From assembly GCA_963766715.1 (NCBI GenBank), contig CAVYBH010000013.1:291166-355165 (forward strand): a DNA stretch of 64,000 bases, given 5' to 3'. Of this stretch, positions 19,485-27,747 are shown piece by piece. Both the position numbers and the translations under genes were made by a program. The notes under the pieces were generated by a model, which saw nothing but the letters and a program-made list of their open reading frames with translations, was not told the origin of the DNA and did no database searches. The stretch is from an uncultured delta proteobacterium. Its GTDB lineage: Bacteria > Myxococcota > Myxococcia > Myxococcales > Anaeromyxobacteraceae. The number at the start of each line of letters is the position of its first letter. The first letter of the stretch is position 1.

Positions 19485-19835
19485 TCAGGCGCGGGACGAC
19501 GGGAGCCGTGCCGCCCACCAGGCCAGCATGCCTCCGGCGAGCTGGCGGGCGTCCAGGCCCGACCTCCGCAGGAGGCGGACCGCCGGCGGACTGCGATGCG
19601 CCGACAGGCAGATGGCGACGACCCGTCGCCCCGGATCGAGCTCCAGGGAGGCCAGGCTGGCCTGGAGCGACGTCACCGGCACGTTCACGGCGCCTTCCAG
19701 GTGGCCCGCCGCGAACTCGACGGACGAGCGCACGTCGAGGAGGAACGGCGGGGACTCGCCGTCCATCTCCCGGGCCAGGTCGGCCGGACGGACCTCGGGC
19801 ACCTGCCCGAAGGGGAACCACCACGGGACGTTCAT
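19485..19835 (-). CDS. Rhodanese-like domain protein
   Basis: LLDVRS..EFAAGHLEGAVN, ICLSAHRS, LAGGMLAW. Confidence 0.88.
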   Translation of the reverse strand: MNVPWWFPFGQVPEVRPADLAREMDGESPPFLLDVRSSVEFAAGHLEGAVNVPVTSLQASLASLELDPGRRVVAICLSAHRSPPAVRLLRRSGLDARQLAGGMLAWWAARLPSSRA

Positions 19836-19979
19836 GCCTGATTCAGAGCCGTTACCTCGATGGAAGGTTCGGCCAGCGCCGCAGCGGAGGAGCCTACCCG
19901 ATCCGGTACGCCCGTTTCCCTGGACTCCCGCCTCCCGCGGAACGATCATCTGGACTCCACGCGCAGATGGAGGTCCGTC

Positions 19980-20144
19980 ATGACGGTCGAGCTCTCCCGG
20001 GACGAGGTGAAGATCCTCCTGCAGTCGCTCTCCAACTGCCTGGCCACCTGCAAGACCCACGCGGCCAAGCCCTCGGCGAAGTGCCCGGACTGCGACGCGG
20101 CCCGCGCCGTGAAGACGAAGCTCGAGAAGCAGGCCAAGGCCTAG
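19980..20144 (+). CDS. Small 54-aa protein with C-x3-C and CxxC motifs
   Basis: GGAGG SD; MTVELSRDEVKILLQSLSNCLATCKTHAAKPSAKCPDCDAARAVKTKLEKQAKA; high-GC3 codons. Confidence 0.75.
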   Translation: MTVELSRDEVKILLQSLSNCLATCKTHAAKPSAKCPDCDAARAVKTKLEKQAKA

Positions 20145-20153
20145 GAGCCCGAC

Positions 20154-20252
20154 ATGAAGATGCTCACGAAGAAGAAGGCCTGCTGCTCCCCGGAGAAGAC
20201 GGCCCAGTGCTGCGCCAAGGCGTCTCGGCTCGTGTCGGGCTGCCACGACTAG
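20154..20252 (+). CDS. Cys-rich 32-aa peptide, copy 2 (MKMLTKKKACCSPEKTAQCCAKASRLVSGCHD)
   Basis: Manually translated; AGGAG SD overlaps the upstream stop; last 16 aa identical to copy 1. Confidence 0.85.
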   Translation: MKMLTKKKACCSPEKTAQCCAKASRLVSGCHD

Positions 20253-20442
20253 GCAGCGGCGGACCGCAGCACATCCCCAGCCCCTGGAGCGCCCGCACCG
20301 TGGCCGCCAGCTCGGCCGCGAACCGGGCGCAGTCCACGCAGGCCTCCAGGTGGAGCGTCACCTCCACCTGTTCCCGGACGCCCAGCTCGCCGTCCAGGTA
20401 GTCGGAGAGCAGGTCGGCGATGCGCTGGCAGGAGGTCGGCAC
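20249..20442 (-). CDS. zf-HC2 (anti-sigma-type zinc finger) small protein; 3' end uncertain
   Basis: C...LLSDYLDGEL......V..HLEACVDC; the ORF as read runs on to 20164, antisense through peptide copy 2, so a frameshift is possible. Confidence 0.6.
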
Positions 20443-20493
20443 GCGAGTCCTCGGTGGCTGGGATCGTGCCCGGAGTGCGCCGCGCCGCCTCGA

Positions 20494-20724
20494 TCAGGCG
20501 CCCGGCACGGGTTCCTGCGTCGAGCTCCCCACCCCGAGCGCCTTCAGGACGTTCGCCATGGGGCAGAAGCCGGTGAAGGCGCTCTGGAGCAGGTTCAGGC
20601 CCACGAACCCGGTGAACCACAGCCAGTTCGCGCTGTGGAAGAGCGGGCTCGCCGGCGCGCCCAGCGCGAGCGAGAGCAGGACGAACGAGCCGGCGAAGAT
20701 GCGGATGTAGCGTTCGATGGTCAT
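20494..20724 (-). CDS. DUF2892/YgaP-like membrane protein
   Basis: [12 protein letters not shown]...[17 protein letters not shown]. Confidence 0.85.
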   Translation of the reverse strand: MTIERYIRIFAGSFVLLSLALGAPASPLFHSANWLWFTGFVGLNLLQSAFTGFCPMANVLKALGVGSSTQEPVPGA

Positions 20725-21369
20725 GAGTTCCTCCGGCCGTGAGAGCCACTTCCCGCGGAAACGGTGCGTCCCACCCCGCGGATCACGGCGGAGGGCCCGC
20801 GGTGGAAGGGGCCCTCGTCGAGCTCGACCTCGGCTTCCTCGAGGATCTTCCCACTCGACCTGCGGGAAGTCGGCGCGCAGGAGGGCGGCGTCGTACAGCA
20901 GGCTCGCCTCGCGCGGCCCCCCGCTGGGCCGGCCCAGCTGCCGCGGCGTGAACGCCTCGACGATCACGACCCCGCCGGGGACGAGCGCCGCCGTGGCCGC
21001 GGCGTGAGCCGCTCGGGCGGATGGCCGGGGGCAGGTGGACGAAGACGAGCACGAGTCGCGTCGTACGCTGCCGGCTCGGGCCGGTAGGAGGCGAGGTCGG
21101 CGACCCGGGTCTCGATGGTGACGCCGCGTTCGGCGGCCAGGCGCCGCGCCTTCTCCAGGCCCACGGGCGAGGCGTCGACCGCGACCACGGAAAACCCGCG
21201 CTGGGCGAGCCAGACGGCGTTCCGCCCCTCCCCTTCTCCCAGGCAGAGCACGCGCCCTCCGGCGGGGATCGCCGCCGCCTGCGCCTCGAGCCAGCGATTG
21301 GGCGCCGTGCCGTAGGCGAACTCCGTGGCCGCCATATCGCTCGTCCCAGAACGTGGAACCGGTCGTCAT
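20721..21369 (-). CDS. Class I SAM-dependent methyltransferase, TehB-like (frameshifted)
   Basis: [40 protein letters not shown]. Confidence 0.8.
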
Positions 21370-21413
21370 GCTGACCTCCGTGGGGCTTCGGGTGGAAAGG
21401 GCCATGTCGCGCC

Positions 21414-21961
21414 CTACAGGAACAGCCGGGCCAGGAGGCCGAGCGTGGTGGTGTAGCCGGTCGCCGAGCGGCGGACGCGGCCGTCCGCGTCGAGGAAGTA
21501 CACGGTCGGGAAGACGTCGACGCGGAAGGCTCGCACGAGGGCGTCGTCGCCCAGGAGCACCGGGTAATCGACCGCGCGATCGCGGACGTAGGCGCGGACC
21601 TGGTCGACGTTCTCGAACGCCGCCGCCACCGACACCACGTGCGCCCGGTCGCCGGCCAGGCTGCGGACCCAGGACAGGTTCTGCGACTCGGCGCCACACA
21701 CGGTGCACCAGGGGGCCCAGAAGGCGAGCAGCACGGGCTTGCCTCGAAGGGACTCGAGCGGGACCTCCCTGCCGTCGAGCGAGGCCAGCACCGCCCGGGA
21801 GCCTCCACGCCGCTCAGGTGGCGTCGCGTCTGCCAGGCCCCGATTCCCAGGACGAGCGCCGCCACGACGGCGAGGTCGGTTCCCCAGCGGACCCAGCGCC
21901 GCTGCCGGGCCTGCTGCCAGCGGGCCCTCCACGTCGTCTGGTCGGCTTTGGGGGGCGTCAT
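21414..21961 (-). CDS. TlpA-like thiol:disulfide redoxin (frameshifted)
   Basis: N-terminal TM segment; [26 protein letters not shown]. Confidence 0.8.
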
Positions 21962-22037
21962 CGCGTGTGAGAGCCCAGGACCCGGGAAAGGAGGCAGGAA
22001 GGGAACCCGACGGCGGGGCCCGGCTCTCACGGGGTAC

Positions 22038-22486
22038 ATGTACCCGCTCGCCATGATGGTGTCCCGTGAAGGGCTCGACTCCCCGCTCGCCCGGACGTTC
22101 GGAAAGGCCAGGTGGCTGCTCGTCTGCCAGCCGGACGGTCGCGCCGAGTTCCGGCGGAACGACCTGCTGAGCGGCGGCTCGGTCGCATCGGCCATCGCGG
22201 CCTCGGGTTGCCGGGACGTCATCGCGGCCCACCTCGGATCGAAGGCGCACGACCACCTGCTGGCGCTCGGAATCCGGGTCTGGCGGGGGTCTCCGAGCTT
22301 TCCGTCCGCGACCTGATCGCGCTCCATGCCCGGGGAGAGCTCCCCGCCTGGCAGAGGGACGCATCGGAGAACGGCCCCTGCACCCCCGGTGGCGGCAAGC
22401 ACGGGGCGAGCCAAGGGCACGACCACGGCGCCGCTTCGCGACCCGACCCGGTCGTCCGCATCGGCGGCCGGACGCGCCGAGACTAG
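22038..22486 (+). CDS. NifB/NifX (FeMo-co-binding fold) family protein with His/Cys tail (frameshift near 22310)
   Basis: [17 protein letters not shown]...GIRV. Confidence 0.6.
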
Positions 22487-22527
22487 GGCCATCCGTCTCC
22501 TGTAGTCTTCCCGGCCCGGAGGCCACC

Positions 22528-23317
22528 TTGCCCATCGAACCGACCATCGACCCGAGCGCCGAGCCATCCTGCGCCGACTGCAACGTCGTCTTCCGCAAGA
22601 AGGGCGCCACCGCCTGCTGGAGCGCCGACCCGGCCGCCGCCCCGCCCCGCCCCGGAAACTGCCCCACCTCGCACCACGGCGACCTGGTCGGGTCGGCCAT
22701 GGACCAGTACGGTCCCGGCGGCCCGGACGAGCGGCTGGCCCGGGTGGCCGCGGAGGTGGAGGGGCTCTGCTACGAGCAGCAGGCGGGCGGCGCCGTTCAC
22801 GCTCGGTGGACGCGCATCGAGGACACCGTCGCGCTGGCGAAGCGGATGGGGATGGAAGCGCATCGGGATCGCCACCTGCATCGGCCTGCTCGACGAGACG
22901 GCCCGCCTGGCGGAGATCCTCGAGGCCCAGGGGCTCGAGCCCATGTCGGTCTGCTGCAAGGTCGGCTCGGTGGACAAGTCGGCGCTGGGCATCGCCGAGG
23001 AGCTCAAGGTCCGCCCGGGCACCTTCGAGCCGCTGTGCAATCCCGTCGCCCAGGCCCGCGTCCTCAACCGGATGGGCACCGACATGAACGTGATCATGGG
23101 GCTCTGCGTGGGGCACGACATGCTCTTCGTGAAGCACGCCGACGCCCCCACCACGACGCTCGTGGCCAAGGACCGGGTCACCGGCCACAACCCGGTGGCC
23201 GCACTGTACGGCAACCACTTCTATTACAAGCGGCTCGCGAAGCAGGCGATCTCGTCCCCGCGGGACCGGTCGGCGGGCGAGGGAGTGCAGCCGGAAGTCC
23301 CCGGCAAGACGGGCTGA
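22528..23317 (+). CDS. DUF1847 domain protein, copy 1 (frameshift near 22860)
   Basis: [50 protein letters not shown]. Confidence 0.85.
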
Positions 23318-23421
23318 TCCGGGCGAACCCCGGTTCCGTGAACCGGACGGCCGCCGCGAGGCTCACAGACGAGGGACGGCCCGCGCCGCCCTCGCCTCAC
23401 CTCGCACCCGGAGAGATTGCC

Positions 23422-23808
23422 ATGAGAGTCGCCTGGTCCCGCCTGCTTCCGCTCCTCGCCGTCGCCGCGCTCGCATCCACCGCCCTGGCGGAGGCTCCGA
23501 GAGCCACCGTCGCCTCGACGAAGACGCCGGCCGCCGCGCTTCCCCGCCTCGTCTTCTTCATGAACCCGAACGGCACGCCCTGCCAGATGCAGGACAGGAT
23601 CCTCCAGGAGATGGCGCCGGAGCTGAAGGGCAAGGCCGAGGTCGTCTACTACAAGACGACCATCTCGACCGACATCCCGAAGTTCCAGCAGTACGGCATC
23701 CGCTCGCTCCCCACGCTGATGCTGACCGACGCCTCCGGGAAGGAGATCCGGCGAGCCACGCCGGGCATCCAGTCGGCTCCGCAGGTGCGCCAGCTCTTCC
23801 AGAACTGA
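23422..23808 (+). CDS. Exported thioredoxin-fold protein with single-Cys site (NGTPC)
   Basis: Signal peptide; LVFFMNPNGTPCQ; YGIRSLPT cis-Pro loop. Confidence 0.75.
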   Translation: MRVAWSRLLPLLAVAALASTALAEAPRATVASTKTPAAALPRLVFFMNPNGTPCQMQDRILQEMAPELKGKAEVVYYKTTISTDIPKFQQYGIRSLPTLMLTDASGKEIRRATPGIQSAPQVRQLFQN

Positions 23809-23812
23809 CGCC

Positions 23813-24463
23813 ATGGACGTCGGGCTCTCCTCCGTCGCGCTCACCTTCGGCGCCGGGCCTCGCCAGCGTGGCGAGCCCCTGCGTCCTGCCCGTCATCCCG
23901 CTCGTCCTCGCGGGCACGGCCGAGGACCACCGTTCGCGCCCCGCGCTGATCGTGGCCGGCATCGCGGCGAGCTTCATCGCCATGGGCATCCTGACGAGCC
24001 TCTTCGGAAGCGTCGTCGGGCCGGTGCTCCCGGCTCTCGAGAAGGTCTTCGGGGTGATGGTCATCGCCTTCGGCCTCCTGCTCCTCGCCGACGTGAACCT
24101 CTTCAAGAGGATCACCTGGGTCCACCGCATCCAGGCCGGCGGGCGGGGGCGATGGTCCGGGCTCCTCCTCGGGCTCAGCCTCGGGATCGTCTGGATCCCG
24201 TGCGTCGGCCCGATGCTGTCGAGCGTGCTCGCGCTCGTCGCTTCCAAGGGATTCGATGGCGACGGGCGTGGTCCTGCTGCTTCGTCTACTCGCTGGGCTT
24301 CGCGGTCCCGATGCTGGCGGTCGGCTACGGCTCGCAGGCGCTGCGGCAGCGCGTCCGGCTGGTGTCGTCGCACCCGGTCGCCGTCCGCTGGGCCTCCGGG
24401 CTGCTGCTCGTCGCCTTCGGCGGCGTCATCCTCACCCAGGGAATGCTCTTCGCGGGGATGTGA
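23813..24463 (+). CDS. ccdA: CcdA/DsbD-beta family cytochrome c biogenesis membrane protein (frameshifted)
   Basis: ASPCVLPVIP and WIPCVGP motifs; YSLGFAVP. Confidence 0.85.
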   Translation: MDVGLSSVALTFGAGPRQRGEPLRPARHPARPRGHGRGPPFAPRADRGRHRGELHRHGHPDEPLRKRRRAGAPGSREGLRGDGHRLRPPAPRRREPLQEDHLGPPHPGRRAGAMVRAPPRAQPRDRLDPVRRPDAVERARARRFQGIRWRRAWSCCFVYSLGFAVPMLAVGYGSQALRQRVRLVSSHPVAVRWASGLLLVAFGGVILTQGMLFAGM

Positions 24464-24509
24464 GGCCGGCCCCTGCGACACGCTCGATACCCTCAAACGG
24501 AGGTTCCAC

Positions 24510-24932
24510 ATGAAGAAGTCGATGCTGATGGCGCTGTTGCTTTCCGTCCCCGCACTCTCGCTCGCCCAGGGCGGCCCTCCCCCGGGCAAGGGGCCCGGGG
24601 CCTCCCGGATGTTCGACCCTTCGACCGTCGTCACCGTGAACGGGACGGTCGTGGGCGAGACGCGCGTCGACCGCGGGATGGGTCACTCCGGCGTCCACCT
24701 GCAACTGAAGACGGCGGACGGCGAGATCCCCGTTCACCTCGGCCCCGACTTCTGGGTCGACAAGCAGACCGTCAAGTTCGCCAAGGGCGACGAGATCGCG
24801 GTGAAGGGCTCGAAGATCGCCTTCGAGGGCAAGCCGGCCATCATCGCCGAGACCGTGACCAAGGGTTCGACCACGCTCGTCCTCCGGGACGCCGGCGGCG
24901 TACCGGCCTGGTCCGGGCAAGGCAAGAAGTAG
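24510..24932 (+). CDS. Hypothetical exported OB-fold-like protein
   Basis: GGAGG SD; signal peptide; GVHL.LKT..GEI.VHLGP, GD.I.VKGS, LRD..G.P.W. Confidence 0.75.
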   Translation: MKKSMLMALLLSVPALSLAQGGPPPGKGPGASRMFDPSTVVTVNGTVVGETRVDRGMGHSGVHLQLKTADGEIPVHLGPDFWVDKQTVKFAKGDEIAVKGSKIAFEGKPAIIAETVTKGSTTLVLRDAGGVPAWSGQGKK

Positions 24933-24971
24933 GCAACTGGCGCCGCGAGCAGGCGGTCCCCGCCCTGGGCC

Positions 24972-25610
24972 TCAGGCCGGGCGAGGGGCCATCGCGAGGA
25001 ACACGGGGAAATCCTTCGTCCCTCCGGCGACCTCCTTGCGGATCTCGAACGCGGTCGAGAAGCGGACCGGACCGAAGCCCGCTTCCCGCAGTTGCCTCTC
25101 GAGCTCGTCCCGGTGGAATCCCTTGTGCCCGGTGAACCCCGGGCCGTGGAACGAGCCGTCCTCCGCATCGAGGTCCGCGAGGCCCAGCACGCCACCCGGC
25201 TCCAGGACGGCGTGGAAGGCCATCAGGAGGCTCGCCACGTCGGGCACGTGGTGAAGCGTCAGCAGGCTGGTCACCAGGCCGAACCGGCTGGAAGGCAGCG
25301 GGTCTCGGGTCAGATCCAGGAGCACCGCCTCGGCGGTCCCCGCGACGCCACGGGCGATCTTCTCCTCCACGACCGCGAGCATCCCTCGGGACACGTCGGC
25401 GAAGGTGACCCGTGCCGCGCGCGGGAGCAGCTCGAACCCGAGCAACCCGGTGCCGGCCCCGTAGTCGAGCACGGCCCGCCTCCCGAGGTCCGGCACCTCG
25501 CGGGCGATGGCCTCGGCGACGCGCCGCGCCCGCTCCACCTTCGCCGGGTCCGAATCCCAGGTGGAGGCGCGGGAATCGAAGTCGCTCGTTCCGCCTGCTG
25601 CCGTCTTCAT
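24972..25610 (-). CDS. Class I SAM-dependent methyltransferase
   Basis: FDSRASTWD, LDYGAGTG, TLHHVPD, ADLDAEDGSFH. Confidence 0.88.
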   Translation of the reverse strand: MKTAAGGTSDFDSRASTWDSDPAKVERARRVAEAIAREVPDLGRRAVLDYGAGTGLLGFELLPRAARVTFADVSRGMLAVVEEKIARGVAGTAEAVLLDLTRDPLPSSRFGLVTSLLTLHHVPDVASLLMAFHAVLEPGGVLGLADLDAEDGSFHGPGFTGHKGFHRDELERQLREAGFGPVRFSTAFEIRKEVAGGTKDFPVFLAMAPRPA

Positions 25611-25682
25611 GGGGGGAGGATACCGGATGCGGCCAGGGACGAGTGGCGAACCCTTTGCCCGCGTCCGACGCTCTCGTCAGTG

Positions 25683-26291
25683 ATGACCCCAGACTCCTCC
25701 CCTGCCCCGTCGTACGGCTGCCTCCACTGCACCACCGCGGGGAGCTTCAAGGGCGACGTGTCGAAGATGCCTCGCACCTGCCCGACCCGGACCCATGCGG
25801 AGGTGGCCGGGGACGTGTCCGGATACCTCGGCGAGGAGCGGCAGGCGCTCATGAAGGCGGCCGACTCGACCCCCTTCAAGCCCGACGGGACGCTGCGGAA
25901 CCGGGTGGAGGAGCTCGCCCACTACGCCCACCGGCGCGGGATGAAGCGCGTCGGCGTGGCCTTCTGCGTCAGCCTGCTCCAGGAGTCACAGCGACTGGCC
26001 CGCCTCCTCCAGGACGAAGGGCTGGAGACGGAGCTCGTCTGCTGCCGCGTGGGCGCCGTCGACTACGATGAGATCGGGCTCGCGAAGGCCCATCCGGATC
26101 GGTTCGCCGCCATCTGCAATCCGGTCGCCCAGGCGAAGCTCCTGAACGAACGGAAGGTCGACCTGGTGGCGCAGGTCGGGCTGTGCGTGGGCCACGACCT
26201 CGTGCTCCAGGAGGAGTGCGAGGCGCCGGTGACGACGCTCGTCGTGAAGGACCGGGCGCTCGATCACCACACGGTGAACGCGCTCCGTTGA
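25683..26291 (+). CDS. DUF1847 domain protein, copy 2
   Basis: CLHC, NRVEEL, GVAFC, CCRVG, CNPVAQA, GLCVGHD, VVKDR. Confidence 0.85.
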   Translation: MTPDSSPAPSYGCLHCTTAGSFKGDVSKMPRTCPTRTHAEVAGDVSGYLGEERQALMKAADSTPFKPDGTLRNRVEELAHYAHRRGMKRVGVAFCVSLLQESQRLARLLQDEGLETELVCCRVGAVDYDEIGLAKAHPDRFAAICNPVAQAKLLNERKVDLVAQVGLCVGHDLVLQEECEAPVTTLVVKDRALDHHTVNALR

Positions 26292-26401
26292 GGCTCGGCC
26301 GGGGCGGAAGCCGCCCTGCGACACGTTGCCACAGGGCGCGACCTTCGGGCGCTGCTCCGGTTGAAGGGAGTGCGAGCCACACCCAACCCGGAGATCGAAC
26401 C

Positions 26402-26685
26402 ATGTCCCTGAAGACCCTCCTCACGCTGTCCGCCCTCTTCCTCGCCGCCCCGGCCTTCGCGCAGGACCAGACCCGGGAGCAGACCCGCGACCCCTCGACC
26501 CACGTCGACGGCGCGACGCCCACGCAGCAGCGGGACCGGACCCGCGACCAGACCCACGAAGCCTCGCAGGATCGCTCTCGCGAGCGCAGCCGTTCCATGA
26601 CGGCGGCGCCGGCAAGGGGAGCGGCGCGGGAACGGGCGGCGGGTCGGGCGGCGGCTCGGGCAGCGCGTACCGCGGCGGAAGGTAG
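26402..26685 (+). CDS. Small secreted protein with Q/R/D-rich repeats and Gly-rich tail (frameshifted)
   Basis: Signal peptide ending AFA; QDQTREQTRD...QQRDRTRDQTH; stop TAG 26683-26685 in the Gly-rich frame. Confidence 0.6.
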
Positions 26686-26710
26686 AGCCGGCCTCCCTTC
26701 CGGAGCCGCC

Positions 26711-27496
26711 ATGAACTCCCTGTGGCTCGCCATGGCGCTCCTCGCCGTCGACGGCGGCGGACCTCGATTCGAGGGGTCCGTCGCCGCCGGGGGCGGCTAC
26801 GACGCGAGCCTCCTCGTCGCCCCGGGAACGGCTCCGCGGGCTCCGCGGTGGCCTCGGTCACCGCCACGGGCGGAGCGGCCCTGGACCTCTCCGACGCGGC
26901 GTCGCTCTACGTGGGCGCCGCTCGACGGAGCGACCTTCCCGACCTCCCGAGCTCGACCGGACCTCCGCGGGCGCGAGGCGAGCCTGATCGACCTCGTCGG
27001 ACCTCTGGCCCTGGTGGTCGGTCCGTCGGCCACGTGGAACTGGTACGCAGACCCGGCGCGCAGCGGCGCCTCGCTCACGGGGCGCGTCTCGCTCCGCTAC
27101 CGTCCGATCCGCTGGCTCACGGTGCGTCTCGGCTACGCCCACACGCTCCGGACGGCGTCCGACCCGGTGTACGGATTCAACGTCGACCGCCTCTTCACGG
27201 AGATCGAGTTCCGGCTGGCGAGGACCACCTGGGTCTCCGCCGCGGCCTTCGGGGAGACCGGAGACGGCACCTTCTACCGGGAGATCCTTGCTGGCACGGA
27301 GGTCTCGCCGTCCGTGACGACCTTCGAGCCCTACCGCGCTCCCTCGAGCACGGTGGGCGTGGGAATCGGGCTCGAGCAGGGGCTCGGCGCGGGCTTCTCG
27401 GTGGACGTGGGCGCCACGCTTCGACGCACCACCACGCCAGACGGGGCCCAGACGGGCCCCGCCTTCTCCGCAAGCGTGGTCTGGCGGTGGGACTGA
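26711..27496 (+). CDS. Putative outer-membrane beta-barrel protein (frameshifted)
   Basis: Alternating beta-strand pattern; GGGYD near the N-terminus; C-terminal SASVVWRWD. Confidence 0.55.
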   Translation: MNSLWLAMALLAVDGGGPRFEGSVAAGGGYDASLLVAPGTAPRAPRWPRSPPRAERPWTSPTRRRSTWAPLDGATFPTSRARPDLRGREASLIDLVGPLALVVGPSATWNWYADPARSGASLTGRVSLRYRPIRWLTVRLGYAHTLRTASDPVYGFNVDRLFTEIEFRLARTTWVSAAAFGETGDGTFYREILAGTEVSPSVTTFEPYRAPSSTVGVGIGLEQGLGAGFSVDVGATLRRTTTPDGAQTGPAFSASVVWRWD

Positions 27497-27503
27497 CCCG
27501 GCG

Positions 27504-27695
27504 CTACTTCGCCGGGACCTTGCAGGTGTTGAATCCGAGAACCCGGTAGAGCGGGCAGAAGCCGAAGAGCCCGGTCGCGAGCGGCACGAGGCCGACGTAT
27601 CCCCAGGGGGTCTTCGGTCCCACCATCGTGATGGACAGGAGCGCGATCCCCAGCAGGACGCGGATCACGCGATCGGCAGTTCCTTCGTTCGTCAT
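27504..27695 (-). CDS. DUF2892/YgaP-like membrane protein, copy 2
   Basis: NEG.ADRVIRV.LG...GLVPLATGLFGFCPLY..LG.NTC. Confidence 0.88.
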   Translation of the reverse strand: MTNEGTADRVIRVLLGIALLSITMVGPKTPWGYVGLVPLATGLFGFCPLYRVLGFNTCKVPAK

Positions 27696-27747
27696 GGTCA
27701 CTTCCTCCTGGCTGCTTGGAGTGCGGGCGCAGGGAAAGGATTCGGGA

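Noticed and set aside
12587..20252. The two peptide loci as direct repeats bounding a mobile element
   Set aside because: Similarity is confined to the ORFs, differences in the conserved part are synonymous, and there is no recombinase
22038..22486. Nitrogen fixation inferred from the NifX-like gene
   Set aside because: No nifHDK/ENB in the window; the fold is common in non-diazotrophs
23422..23808. Possible selenocysteine (UxxC) in the single-Cys thioredoxin
   Set aside because: The codon at the first position is GGC (Gly), not TGA; I noticed no in-frame TGA at Cys positions in the other redox genes
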